Below, piece after piece: positions 24,020-36,613 of a stretch of 64,000 bases of DNA. The notes beneath the pieces are model-generated. The model was not told the origin of the DNA and did not search any database. It saw nothing but the letters and a program-made list of their open reading frames with translations. The position numbers were made by a program, and so were the translations under genes. Source of the DNA: Mobula hypostoma. Its lineage: Eukaryota. The stretch spans positions 39,618,001 to 39,682,000 of the forward strand of contig NC_086107.1 in NCBI RefSeq assembly GCF_963921235.1. The letters run 5' to 3'. Positions within the stretch are counted from its first letter, which is position 1; every line of letters begins with the position of its first letter.

Positions 24020-25315
24020 GGTTAACCACACAGCAATCAGAGGGCCCAAAGGATCACTGGGGACCCGAGTCACCCCAACTACAAACTGTTCTAGCTGCTA
24101 CCATCTGGGAAACAGTACCGCAGCATAAAAACCAGGACCAACAGGCTCCGGGACAGTTTTTTCCACCAGGCCATCAGACTGACTAATTCATGCTGAAACA
24201 ATTGTATTTCTGTGTTACATTGTCCGTCCTGGTGTACATACTATTTATTATAAATTGCATATTGCACATTTAGATGGAGACATTATGTAAAGATTTTTAC
24301 TCCTCATGTATGTGAAGGATGTCTGTCTGTTTCCAATGTTCACCACAGATGCACAGTCCAAACTCAACAAGTTTTAAACTTAATTCTATTTCAATACATT
24401 TACAATTGGGATTATGCTTGAGATAATTGTCTGTTATATTTTTCTTTGTGGCTTTACACCAATTATACACCAGTGTTATTAAAGGATAATGACGCATCAA
24501 GAACACTGAAATAAGTTTAAGTGAAAATAGTGAAATAGTTCACATTGTCAGAGGGATAAGAATCAGAAGACATAATAAGAGTGACAGAAGGGAATAATAC
24601 AAAGAAAGCACAGCAGTACCTCTACTTTCTTAGATGTTTACAAAAATTTGACATGTCGTCTAAAACTTTGACAAGCTTCTATACGCGTGTGGTGGAGAGT
24701 ATAGTGACTGATTGTATTATGGCCGGGTAAGGAAGCACCCATGTCCTTGAATGGAAAAGCCTACAACAAGTGTGGATATGTCCCAGTCCATCAGGGGTAA
24801 AGCCCTCCCCACCATTGAACACATCCACATGGAGTGTTTTCCCGGGAAAGCTCTGTCATCATTAAGGACCCCCCACCATCCAGGCCATGCTCTCTTCTCA
24901 CTGCTGCCATCAGGGAAAAGGTACAGGAGCCCCAGGACCTGCAGTGCCAGGTTTAGGATCAGTTATTACCCCTCAACCATCAGGCTCTTGAACCAGTGGG
25001 GATAACTTCACTCAACTTCAGTTGCCCCATCACTGAACTGTTCCCTCAAGCTATAGATTCACTTTCAAGGATTTTTCATCTCATATTCTCAATATTTATT
25101 GCTTATTTATTTATTGATTGATTTTTCTTGTGTATTTGCACAATTTGTTGTCTTTTGCTCATTGTCTGTTTGTCTGTTCTGTTGGGTGCAGTCTTTCATT
25201 GATTCTATTCTGTTTTTTCTGTTTACTGTGAATGCCCACAAGAAAACGAATCTCAGGGTTGTGTATGGTGACACGTGTGTACTCTGATAGTAAATTTACT
25301 TTGTACTTTCATACT
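24020..25315 (+). mobile_element. Two Rex1/Babar-like LINE 3' fragments (~24020-24320 and ~24640-25315)
   Basis: 'HPGHALFSLLPSGKRYRS…RFRISYYPSTIRLLN' is a typical Rex1 C-terminus; TTTACTTTG-type tail. Confidence 0.75.
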
Positions 25316-25784
25316 TTGCATGTTGACATTATCTAGATTGGAATACCATGGGTGGCTTTTAAAAAGAAACTGGACAGATACTTGAGGGAGGAAGAAAAAT
25401 CCAAAAGATAGGGCTGGAGAATTGGACTAAAGTTTCAACTCATCAGTTGATAATTTTCAGCTGGAATCTTTCCTAGAATGTAAAAGTGACATCGCGGAAG
25501 CCTTCACACACAGGATGGTCTGTAATTAGAATGAGCTGCTAGAAATAGTGGTTGAAATGGTCACAATAGCAAGATTTAAAACCAGCCAGGTAAGTACTAC
25601 ATGGATAGGAGGTGTTGAGAGGGCTGTGGCCAAATACAGGCAAATAGGACTAGCTCATTGAACAGCACAGTTGGCATGGATGAGTTAGGCTGACGGGCCT
25701 CTTCCCATACTGTCTGACTCTAAATATTGTGAGGAAAATGTCTACTTTGTCAGAGAATCTAAAGATATAATTACTGTTGCACAG

Positions 25785-25966
25785 GTGATTCCTATTTATC
25801 CTGCAGACCACTCAATCTCTGGGCCTCTGTACTCGGATGTGATGTACTGCAGTGTCAAATCTCCACTGGATAAAAGTCCATTTATTGACTCCCGGGCAGG
25901 ATGTTCCAACACAGAGAGTTTTCATATGCATCCAGTGAATGTGTACAGTCCGAGAGATTACACTAG
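25785..25966 (+). CDS. C11orf16: C11orf16-like gene, exon 3
   Basis: Acceptor GCACAG|GTG, phase 0; 'VIPIYPADHS…PRDYT'. Donor AG|GTGGGC, phase 2, which fits exon 4. Confidence 0.75.
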
Positions 25967-26403
25967 GTGGGCTTTTTATCTGCATGTTTGATTAAAATAT
26001 ATGTATTCATTATCATAAAATGTTGATAATAATTGTAAAACTTACCAAACAATTCTACATCACTCCATATTTTGTAATGTTACATGGTGCATTAGGATCC
26101 AGAGCACAATTTGTTTAATGATTTATTTTGAGACAATATTATTAAAATATCCCTCTACTGCAATAAATAATGAAGAAAATTAATTTACCCTAATAATGAT
26201 AATAATAATTTGATTGTTTTTAGTGGACTATTACATTATTGAAATGATTAATTGGATATTTAATAGAATGGTTCAATTAACAATACAGCATTAAGAACAA
26301 ATTGCGGATGATTGCACAATGTTCAATCCCTTTCAGCAAATCCTTAAGCTATTTTCTCTTCAAATTACACCTTATGCTTTTCATCCATCTCTTTATTTTG
26401 ATA

Positions 26404-26592
26404 GAGCTGGCTGGTGCATAGTGGCATCAGCGCCGGACTTCGGAGCAAAGGCTCCCGAGTTCGAACCCAGCTGGCTCCCCTGGCACACTTTCCATCCGTG
26501 CTGGTAAAAAAGAAATAGCCTGCTACAGAAACATCAACAGCAGAAAGTTGATGGCCTATGCTCTCTCGTGAGTTTAAAAGGCAATTCCCTTT
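26404..26592 (+). mobile_element. tRNA-Arg-derived SINE, second copy with a different 3' tail
   Basis: Head matches the 19664 copy (GCATAGTGGCATCAGCGC…GACTTCGGA…GAGTTCGAA). Flanked by imperfect CTTTATTTT(T)GAT repeats. Confidence 0.8.
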
Positions 26593-27705
26593 TCCTTTAT
26601 TTTGATTATGCCTTTGCTTCTGCCTCCATAATTTCCAGGAAAATTGCTTACAAAATGCTGGCAGTAAACTGACAGGACAACAATTGGGCATGGCCTGAGA
26701 AGTGGGAAGTAGCATTCAATAAAAGGAGTCCCATCATCTCACTTTGATATATAAATGCAGGCACATAAAGAGCACTCCATTCATACTCCTTGTTGTCCAG
26801 CTTTGAAATAGCAAAAACACACATAGTTGAGTCAGGAGATGAGCCACAATGCCACAGGATAGCCAGCTTCTGACCTGCCGTGGTAGTCACAGTATTTATG
26901 TAGCTAATCTCCTTGTCAATGATACCTGCAGAGACTCAATATATTCCAAGGGGAAGATTTTACTTAAGAAGCTCCAGGTCGAAGGAACTTGTGCTCCTTT
27001 TTAAAATGTTATTGTATATTCATGTTCATTGGCAACTTATCTTTTCACGGAGTTGCACTTTAGCGGTTTTACAAAATATTTTAACAAAATGTGAGGTCAG
27101 CACCACATTTCTCACGAACAACTAAGCAGTATGTATTGGCCTTGTCAGCGATGCCCTTCTCCTCTCGATGAATATAATTCATTTTGATTTAAAGTTTCAC
27201 ACTCTGAAAGCTGTATTTTACTTGTCAGATTCTTAACTTGTTAAACTTGTTATCCAGAGTACTTACTGGATATTAAGTATTTAGATAATCCTTCTACTAA
27301 ATACAGGTTAGCCAGATGTAATTTACTTCTGTTGTACTAAATATTTCCTAGATTCATTAATATTTTAAATTAGGCCGAGGCTATATAGGTTTCGCTAGTT
27401 CTAAGCAGCTTTGACATTTTGATAATATTACTAAAAATGGGGACAAATGATTCACCAAGCTATCACAATTGCTGCTAATTCTAAAGCTTATGTTGCATCG
27501 TCCTCTCTGAATTACACCTTAAAATTTCATCCACTCTTTATATATGAATGTGTCTTCATTGCTGTCTGTCATTGCCTGGAGAATAAAGCTGTTTATGAAA
27601 TACTATAATTCATTGTCACTTTCCAATTCCTCCTCTCTTCAAAGTATTATTAGTAAGCACTGTTTACTAAAATAAATTTAGAGTTTTCACTGTTACCTTT
27701 CGCAG

Positions 27706-27832
27706 AAGTATCTGCAAATATACTGACCCATGTGTGGGACCTCTTGGATCAAGTCACTTGGCTTTTGAAGTTGCTGTCCTTGCAAGGCAAGAGTCTGATG
27801 GATTCTTTTACCTGGGCACAATCAAGCAAGAG
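27706..27832 (+). CDS. C11orf16: C11orf16-like gene, exon 4 (DUF4537 start); absent from the ORF track
   Basis: Acceptor CCTTTCGCAG|, phase 2; translates 'SICKYTDPCVGPLGSSHLAFEVAVLARQESDGFFYLGTIKQE' (VLAR…DGFY motif of C11orf16). Donor GAG|GTGGAG, phase 0. Confidence 0.85.
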
Positions 27833-28174
27833 GTGGAGTGGAATTTTAGTTTTATCATTTATATTGACGTATGAATAATATCTACTAATTTTTCACAGTT
27901 CTGGCTGATTTCTTGTCATTGTTATTTACCAATAAGTGTCAAGTTCTAAACTTGTTATCATCCTTTACATGCTGTTTGATATTGATTTTTCAATATAACA
28001 ATGATACCACTAAAATATTTGTAATCGCTTTTACAGGAGGAAATGCCATTGTGGTTGCAACCTATTGAAAATGGTGCAGCTTTGAAATAAATTGCTGAGT
28101 TCTGTTTTCCTAGCTGATGTGATAGTGTTGAAATATGCTGCCATTGATGCCACAAATGGTAGAAATGATCCTAG

Positions 28175-31100
28175 AGTCATAGGAGAGTCATTGAACACTA
28201 CAGCACAGAAACAAGCCGTTTGGCCCATCGGCTCCATGCTGAGCCATTAATCTGCCTAGTCCCGTTGACCTGCACCCAGACCATATCCCTCCTTACCCCT
28301 CTCCTGCATGACTCTAGTAATATCTCTTAAATGCTGAAATCGAACCTGCATCCACTCTTGGACTGGCAGTTCATTCCTTGCCCTTACCACCCACTGAGTG
28401 AAGAAGTTTCCACTCGAGTTATCCCCTTAAATATTTCAGCTTTCACCTTTAACCTATGGCCTCTTGTTGTAGTCCCACACAACTTCAGTGGAAAAAGCCT
28501 GTTGCATTTACCCTATCTATAACTGTCATAATTTTATATACCTTTCAAATCTCCTATCAATCTTCTGCGTTCTAAGGGATTAAGTCCTAACTCAGGTCCT
28601 CAAGTCCCAGCAACATCCTTGTACATTTTCTCTGTACTCTTTCAATCTCATTTACATTGTTCCTATAGGTAGGTGAATAAAAATGCACAGAATGCTCCAA
28701 ATTAGGCCTCACCACCCTCTTGGGGGTTCTCACTTTTTGTCTATCACTCCTTCTTTGTTTTTTTTCTGTTTTGTGAAGAGTGAGAATTTCAGATTGTATA
28801 CTGTTTTCTGTACTAAATGGAACCATTAAACGAACATCTTTTACAATTTCAACATAACACCCCAACTCCTGTACTCAATATATTTGATTTATGAAAACCA
28901 ATGTGCCAAAAGCTTTCTTTACGGCCCTACCTACTTGTGACCCCACTTTCAAGGAATTAACGATCTGTATTCCCCGAACCCTCTGTTCTACCACATTCCT
29001 CAGTGTCCTACCGCTCACCGTGTGATACCTACCCTGGTTGTCCTCCCAAAGTGCAACATCTTACACTTATCTGCCTTACATTCCACCTGCCATTTTTCAG
29101 CCTATTTTTCCAACTGGTCCAGATCTCACTGCAAGCTTTGATAGTCTTCCTTGCTGTCCCTATATCACCAATCCTAGTGTCCTAGTATCATCTGCAAATT
29201 TGTTGATCCAGTTTATCACATTATTGTCCAGATTGTTGATATAGATGACAAACAACAATGGACCCAGCACTGATCCCTGTAACACAACCATCCACTACCA
29301 CTCCCTGGCTTCTCCCACAAAGCCACTAACCTCCACTTGAATGCCAAGCAACTGAACCTTCTTGACCAACCTCCCATGTGGGACCTTGTCAAAGGACTTG
29401 CTAAAGTCTATGTAGACGACATTTACTGACTTGCCTTCATCAAGTTTCCTGGTAATTTCTTCAAAAAAACATGATTAGACATGTGGTTAGACATGATGTA
29501 TCACACACAAATCCATGCCGACTATCCCTCTTCCAATCCCTTAGAATACCTTCCAATAACTTTCCAACTACTGTTGGCGGGCTCACTGGCCTATAATTTC
29601 CTGGTTTATTCTTAGAGCGTTTCTTAAACAATGAAACAACATTATCTATCCTCCAGTCCTCCTGTGTCTCAACCATGGCTAAGGTTGTTTTAAATCTCTC
29701 TCCTAGGGTCCCTGCAATTTCTGCATTTGCCTCCCACAGGTCCTGAGGGAACACTTTGTCAGGCCCTGAGGATTTATCCACCCTAATTTGCCTCAAGACA
29801 GCAAACACCTCCTCCTCTGTAATCTGTATAGGGTCCATGAACTCGTTGCTGCTTTGCCTCACTTCTGTAGACTCTGTGTCTATCTCCCGAGTAAAAACAG
29901 ATGCAAAAATTCCTTTTAATATCTCTCTCCACTCCACACATAGATTACTCTCTGATCTTATAGAGAACCAATTTTGTCCCTTCCTGTCCTTTTGCTCTTA
30001 ATACAGTATATCTGTAGAAGAAGCCCTTAGGATTCTTCTTAACTTTACCTCATACTATCTTTTAGCCATCCTAATTTCCTTCTAAAGTGTTCTCTTGCCT
30101 TCCTTATACTCCTCAAGTACCTCATTTGTTTCTACCTGCCTGTCCGTGCTCTGCATCTCCTTCTTCTTCTTAAACAAGGTCTCCATATCTCTCGAAAATC
30201 AAGGCTCCTTAAACCAGTTATCCTTGCCTTTTATTTTGACAGGAACATACAAAGTCTGTACTCTCAAAATTTCACTTTTCAAGGCCTCCCACTTAACAAG
30301 TACACCTTTGCCAAAAAACAATCTGACCCAATCCAGACTTGCCAGATCCTTTCTGATACCATCGAAGTCAGCCGCCTTCTAATTTAAAATCTCTATCCAA
30401 GGACCAGACCTTTCCTTTTCCATAATCACCTTGAGACTAATGGCATTGTGATCACTAGATGCAATGTGTTCCCCTACACAAACGTCTGTCACCAGGCCAG
30501 TCTCATTCCCTAACAGCTGATCTAGTATCACACTGTCCCTAGTTGGGACTTCTACGTACTGATTAAGGAAATTTTCCTGTACTCATTTAACAAGCTTTTT
30601 TCCATCCAGGCTTTTTACAGTATGGGAGTCCCACTCAATCTGTGGAAAGTTAATGTCACCTACTATCACAACCTTATGTTTCTTGCAACAGTCTGGAATC
30701 TCCCTACAAATTTGCTTTTCTAAATCCTGCGGACTTCTGGGCAGTCTATACAGTAAAATACTCCCATTAAGGTAGTCATACCTTTCTTATTCCTAAATTC
30801 TACCCCTAAAGCCTCACTAGGTGAGTTCTCCAGTCTGCCCAGACTGTGTACTGTGGTGACATTTTCCCTGACCAGCAATGCCATCACTCCCCCTTTAATT
30901 TCTCACACTCTATCACATCAAAAGCAATGGAACCATGGAACAGTGAACTTCCGGTCCTGTCCCTCCTGCAACCTCATCTCACTAATGGCTATAATGTCAT
31001 AATTCCACATGCTAATCCATGTCCTAAGCTCATCCACTGTTCCTACAGTGCTCCTTGCATTGCAATATACACAGCTTAGAACATTAGTCCAAGCATGCTC

Positions 31101-32020
31101 AACCTTTTGATTCCTGACTTTGTACGTTGGCTTAATAACATCTTTTTCCACAACCGCTCCATTATCTATTCTGGCACTCTGGTTCCCATCCCCCTACATC
31201 TCTAGCTTAAACTCCCTTGTGCAGCATTAGCAAACCTTCCCACTAGAATATTAGTCCTTTCCAGTTCAGGTGCAAACCATCTCTTCAGTACAGGTCCCTC
31301 CTGCATAATCTTCTTAGCCACTGGTTAAACTGTATGACCTTCCTATTTCTGGCCTCACTAGCATAAGGCACAGGTAACAATCTTGAGATCATAACCCTGG
31401 AGATCCTATCCTTTAACTTAGCACCTAACTCCCTGAACTCACTTTGCAGGACCTCATCACACCTCCTAGCCATGTTATTGGTACAAACCTGTACCATGAC
31501 CTCTGGCTGCTCACCTTCCCACTTCAAAATGATGTGGACTCGATTGGAGATGTCCCTGACCCTGGCACCCAGGAGGCAACGTACCATATGGGAATCTCGT
31601 TCTCATCCACAGAAACCTCTTGTCTGTTGCCCTAACCAATGAAACTCCTTTCGCTACAGCTCACATCTTCTTCCCCTTCCCTTCTGAGGCAGACTCAGTC
31701 CCAGAGAACTGACCATTGTAATTTTCTTCTGCTAGTCCATCCCCCCAACACCCCCCCACAACATCCAAAGTAGTATATCTTTTGTTAAGGGGTACTCTGC
31801 ACTGGCTACCTATCTCCTTTTCCCCTCCTGACGGTCACCCAGTTAGCTGTGTCCTGAACCTTGGGTGTAACTACCTCCCTGTATGTCTTGTTTATCAAAC
31901 CCTCAGCCTCCCGAATGATCCAGAGTTCATCCGGTTCCAGCTCCAACTCCGTAGCTGGATGCACTTCTTGCAGGTGTAGTTGTCAGGGACACAGGGCGTC
32001 TCCCTGCCTTTCCACATCCC
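28175..32020 (-). mobile_element. Near-full-length decayed CR1 LINE
   Basis: 29461..29937 'KSSGPDKVFP…NKPGNYRPVS'; 30918..31151 EN start 'YCNARS…YDIIAISE'; 31285..31587 ORF1 esterase 'CLLGARVRDI…VQVCTNNM'. Confidence 0.88.
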
Positions 32021-32023
32021 ATA

Positions 32024-32355
32024 TCTAAGTAACTTTGATCATGGAATGGTTGTTGGTGCCAGACAGGGTGGTTTGAATTTGAGTATCTCAGAAACTGCTG
32101 AACTCCTGGGAATTTTCATGCACAACAGTCACTAGTGTTTACAGAGAATGGTGTAAATAATAAAAAAAACATCCAATGAATGTCATTTCTGTGGGCGAAA
32201 ATGCCTTGTTAATGAGAGAGGTTGGATGCGAATGGCCAGACTGGTTCAAGCTGACGGGAAGGCAACAGTAATTGAAATGACCATGTGTTACAACAATGGT
32301 GTGCAGAAGAACATTTCTGAATGGACAACGTGTCAAACCTTGAAGTGGGTGAGCT
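32024..32355 (+). mobile_element. Tc1-like transposase N-terminal fragment
   Basis: Decayed 'LSNFDHGMVVGARQGG…SISETAELLG…TTVTSVYREW' paired-like HTH. Confidence 0.75.
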
Positions 32356-32651
32356 TAATGCCATTGGTGTTTATGGCACAGCTTTGACATAAGTTAGCCT
32401 AGTGCTAAACCCCAGCTCCAGAACCTACAAAATGCAAATCAGTGATCTTTTGTGATGTGAAGACATGATTGAAAGAAACATGGATTTGTGTGGAAATCTG
32501 AACCACATTATGGAGTCATATTAGTTCATAACATAATGTACAAATGGATTAAACCATGGACTGTTGAATATTATTATCCATAAAGAAGGTAATCAAACAA
32601 AATTCAACATAAAAATAAATACTGCAAAATAACTTATTTTCCCGTTGACAG

Positions 32652-32883
32652 ATAAGGAAAGGAATATTCCTGATTGAGTTTGACAAATCTACAATGGATC
32701 GAGACGGGAACTGTCAAATCTCTGTGCAGGAGACTGCATTATATGACATTATTCAGTACAACGAAGGAATGAGGCATTCTGTGGTCCCTGGTGATTATGT
32801 ATTAGCACCTTGGGAATCAGATGGAAACAGGTATGGTCCTGGGAAAGTGATAACTGGAATTGAGACCAGAGATCCTCTGCAAG
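32652..32883 (+). CDS. C11orf16: C11orf16-like gene, exon 5 (DUF4537)
   Basis: Acceptor TTGACAG|, phase 0; 'IRKGIFLIEF…PGDYVLAPWESDGNRYGPGKVITGIETRDPLQ'. Donor G|GTATGA, phase 1. Confidence 0.92.
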
Positions 32884-34127
32884 GTATGATCTCCAATTTG
32901 AAAAATTACTAACATATATGACCGTTTTCCTTATTAAAGATATGTTGGTCCTTATTTTATCTTTGTTGTTCCATTTGAATCACAGATTTGGGGAAAAAAA
33001 ATGAATGAGAGTGCAAATAGTCAGTTGGGTGATAGCAAATCTACACTACACTGAAGTTACTGAGATCTAGAGAAAATGTTGTTTAATTGTACATTAGCTG
33101 TCCTTTGGTTCAGTATTAATACATTGTAAAAATAATTTTTGTTCTTATACCATACTCTATCCGTTCTTCCTCCCCTACAATATACAGTATACCACTAAAT
33201 GCTTATGGTTCAGTCGCTCTGATGCAAGTTCAAAGTAATTTGGGACTAACCTTGCATTCGCTTACTAAAGTGCCCCAAAATAGCATCACTATTTGAAGAG
33301 TTGAGTAGTGAATATCCAGTTTTGTTTCATTCTACTAGTTGTGAGAGTTGAATCATGATGGCTTCAAGAGTATGGAAGTAGGTCATTAGGTCCAATGAGC
33401 ACGTGCTGTCCATTAAATATCTATTTTCACACTGATTATTCACTAGTCCCATTCTGATCTTCCCACATTAACTAACCCCCCCCACCCCCACCCCCAGATT
33501 CTGCCACTCACCCATGCTCCGGGGGAATATGCATTGTGCATTTAGTCTATCAACTGAAACATCTTTGACATGTGGGAAGGAATCACATCACCCAGCAGAA
33601 ACCCATAGTCGTATAGAGATAGTACAAGTTCAACATTGACAGCACAGGGAGGTCAGGTCTCTGCTTCTACCACCAACATTAAGGGATGTCCACTTCTATT
33701 ACTGTATGAAGTATTAAAGAAATCGGAATTACATACACTTTTGAATATTGTATTATAAGGATTATATATTCAAATTGTCTTCTATAGTAATAAACCTCAC
33801 TGGTTACTATTGTGTCTTGTTTTTTTTTCTTTACCTATAATGGTAATTAAAGGTATTTGCCACTGAAAATACAGTATATATTTAGTGATTGCTTTGTTAC
33901 ATGGACTGATATTTGAAATTCAGTTATTTCATAGTTGGGAAACCCCCCGATCACATGTAACTGTAACTATGACGTTGTCCTGTACGTTTTCAGCTACATT
34001 TAAATTAACTGATAAAATTGACAACCAGATTGAAAGGCTTGACTTGCTGTTCTTCTAGTGGTATAATGTTTTCTGTTAAAATTAATCTTTCAAACTATAA
34101 AGTTCTTCTCCTTTATCTATTAAACAG

Positions 34128-34820
34128 CAATGGAAGATGATGAAATCTCTGTAAGGTTCTGGAATGGAAAAACTGTCAAGGTTTCCAAAAACATAGCCAT
34201 GTGGATTCCACCTGCTATGTATGAAAGAGTTTTACAGGAGCTGTTAACTCCATTATTATCAAGGCACCAGCTAGCGGATGATGAATTAACTCCTTGCCGT
34301 GAGGTTTGTCTGCATAGGCCGCAAATTGAATCAGCTCACCAGTGCCACTATGAACCACCGTGCACCCAGTCCTGGTGTTTGGGTTTCCCTGGCCTGGACC
34401 CATGTAAGAGTTACTGGCATGGGTTCTATCATGGCTTCTATTATTTGTCAGTCCACCATCCATGTTACTGTTTCCCAGAAGTGATCCCTCCTGTGGCACG
34501 GTGGCCAGTAACTGCAAAATGTCCCAACTCAACAGCTTCTGATAAAGATGAACTAGACAAGAAGATTACTTTGCAGCTTCAGGAATTAGATATTCCAAAC
34601 AAGAAACGTTCTGATGAAAACTTGCTGGCTTTACCTTCTTCCTCTTCATCATCTGAAGATTCTGATAGTTACCCGGAGACAACTGTTAGGAAACCTACTT
34701 TGCAAGATAAGGCAGTGAATACAGATTCTCTGTTGAAGAAGACAAAAATCAAAGTAAGAGACAGGCCTGAATGGAAGTACTGGAGCCAAAGTCACCAAGA
34801 GCTACATCGAAAGAAACCAG
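34128..34820 (+). CDS. C11orf16: C11orf16-like gene, exon 6
   Basis: Acceptor TAAACAG|, phase 1; 'EISVRFWNGK', 'SSSSSSEDSD', 'AVNTDS' and 'RPEWKYW…KKPG' match C11orf16 motifs as I recall them. Donor CAG|GTAAAG, phase 1. Confidence 0.92.
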
Positions 34821-35052
34821 GTAAAGTTAAGGCCTTCTTACATTTGTCTGGGGACATGAGTTTTTTTGGACTTGTTTGGGTAAGTGGAGCTTTTACAAAC
34901 TACCAGTTAAGTTACAACAGTAGAAGTGTTCCAATCAGTGATGTACTTGGTGAAGGAAACAGATTATGCATTTATGTTGTTGAAACTGCTTTTACTTTGA
35001 CTCCTTTTGTTTATTTTTGAAAGCAATCGCTGTAAATTTGTTTTATCTAACA

Positions 35053-35808
35053 CAGACATCCCACCTCTCCCAGAAGTTCCGGGAGTCTCCCGCATATGAA
35101 TAGTGGCTCCCTGATGCCCGCAAATTATATACAATATCATGGAAATCAATTTTTTTGAGAGCGAGCGAGCGAGAGAGAGAGAGCGCGAGAGCAAGCAAGC
35201 AAGTGCGCGAGAGAGAAAGCAAGCGAGAGAGCAAGCAAGCGAGAGAGCAAGCAAGCGAGAGCGCGAGAGAGTGCTAGAGCAAGCAAGCGAGAGCGCAAGC
35301 AAGCGAGAGCAAGCAAGCGAGGGAGCAAGAGAGAAAGCAAGTGAGAATGCGCGAGCAAGAGAAAGAGAGAGCGCGAGAGAGAGTGCTAGAGCAAGCAAGA
35401 GCGCAAGAGAGAAAGCAAGAGAGAGCGCGAGATAGAAAGCAAGCGAGAGAGAGCGCAAGAGAGCGTGCAAGCAACCACGAGAGAGAGAGCACGCCATGGC
35501 AGAGTGTTCCAAAAAAAAGAAAATATAAAACGTACGTCAGCCCAGACTACACTAAAGTGTACCCCTGCCTAATAGGGGTCAAAATAATGACAGTGTTGCT
35601 CGCTGCACTGTTTGCAACAGTGACTTTTCTATTGTCCATGGTGGGTTAAGACTGTAAAAGACATGTTGAGGTGAGTTTAACAGGTGTCATTCATTCATTA
35701 GCATTGCTAATGTTATTTAAACTAGCTGGCTAGCTGCTGAGGAGCTACTCTACTGCAGACATCCCACCTCTCCCGGAAGTCTCCTACAAGTTGATGGTGG
35801 GATGTCTG
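35053..35808 (+). mobile_element. Non-autonomous hAT-like DNA transposon with a 6-bp TSD
   Basis: TIR CAGACATCCCACC…GGTGGGATGTCTG; TSD CTAACA (35047-35052, 35809-35814). Frameshifted zinc-finger remnant 'KRKYKTY…RCTVCNSDFSI.HGG…DCKRHVE|GTGAGT'. Confidence 0.75.
35157..35490. repeat. Purine-rich compound microsatellite (GAGA/GCAA/GCGA)n
   Basis: Direct reading; it lies inside the hAT-like element. Confidence 0.95.
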
Positions 35809-35826
35809 CTAACATGCAATGACTTA

Positions 35827-36020
35827 CAAACATGAGAAAATCTGCAGATGCTGGAAATGCAAAGCAACACACACAAAATGCTGGAGGAACTCAGCAGGTC
35901 AGGCAACATCAATGCAAAAGAGTAAACAGTGGACGTTTTGGGCTGAGACCCTTCAACGACTGTTAACTCTTTTACTAATGTTGCCTGGCCTGCTGAGTTC
36001 CTCCAACATTTTGTGTGTGT
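35827..36020 (-). mobile_element. Second fold-back Penelope-derived mini-element
   Basis: Inverted arms ~35864-35931 and ~35957-36023. The spacer carries the hammerhead stem II remnant; a 37-bp tail is on the left. Imperfect TSD TGCAATG(AC/TT)TTA (35815-35826, 36021-36032). Confidence 0.8.
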
Positions 36021-36613
36021 TGCAATGTTTTAAGTTTGCTTGTTGGTGTTCCCATTAAGACTCGATCTCGAACAACTAAACGATAGTGCAGTGTTCATTT
36101 GTTACATAAAGAAGTGTCATGAAAGTGGTGATAGAATAAAAGAATATGCAGGCAGACACACTTTTTTTAATAGATCAAGTATGTTTTGCATAGCTACAGG
36201 ATCTCCCTTTATTTAATCTCCTAATGCAATTACACAGCTGCTGACAATAACAAACCCCAAGGCAGCTATAACATGCAATCTTTGTGCCTGCTCTTCTCAA
36301 AAATACCTGTGATGTCCCTTGTAATTAAATGTGGCCCTTGTGTATTTGTTCTGCTTTTTAAGGAGTTAATTTACAAATCATTAAAACATTCTTGATGAAG
36401 GTCTATTTATATGTTACTTCCTGTGGAAAGAAAACTTTATTCTGCATTTTATCCTCCAGGCTGCATTCAGCTTTGCTTTATTTACAATCCATGACATTAA
36501 GCTCATTCATTCAGCAGACTCCTGCATTTCTCATGATTAACGTACGTTCTACGTCTGAATCACTTAGTTGTATCATGAGAACTGTGAAGAGGAGAAGATC
36601 ACAGAACAAATAT

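Noticed and set aside
34821-35020. C-terminal extension of the 296-aa ORF
   Set aside because: Read-through into intron past a strong CAG|GTAAAG donor. The same applies to the tails of the other exon ORFs.
34964-35649. ERAR/LALSL-rich ORFs
   Set aside because: Microsatellite translations.
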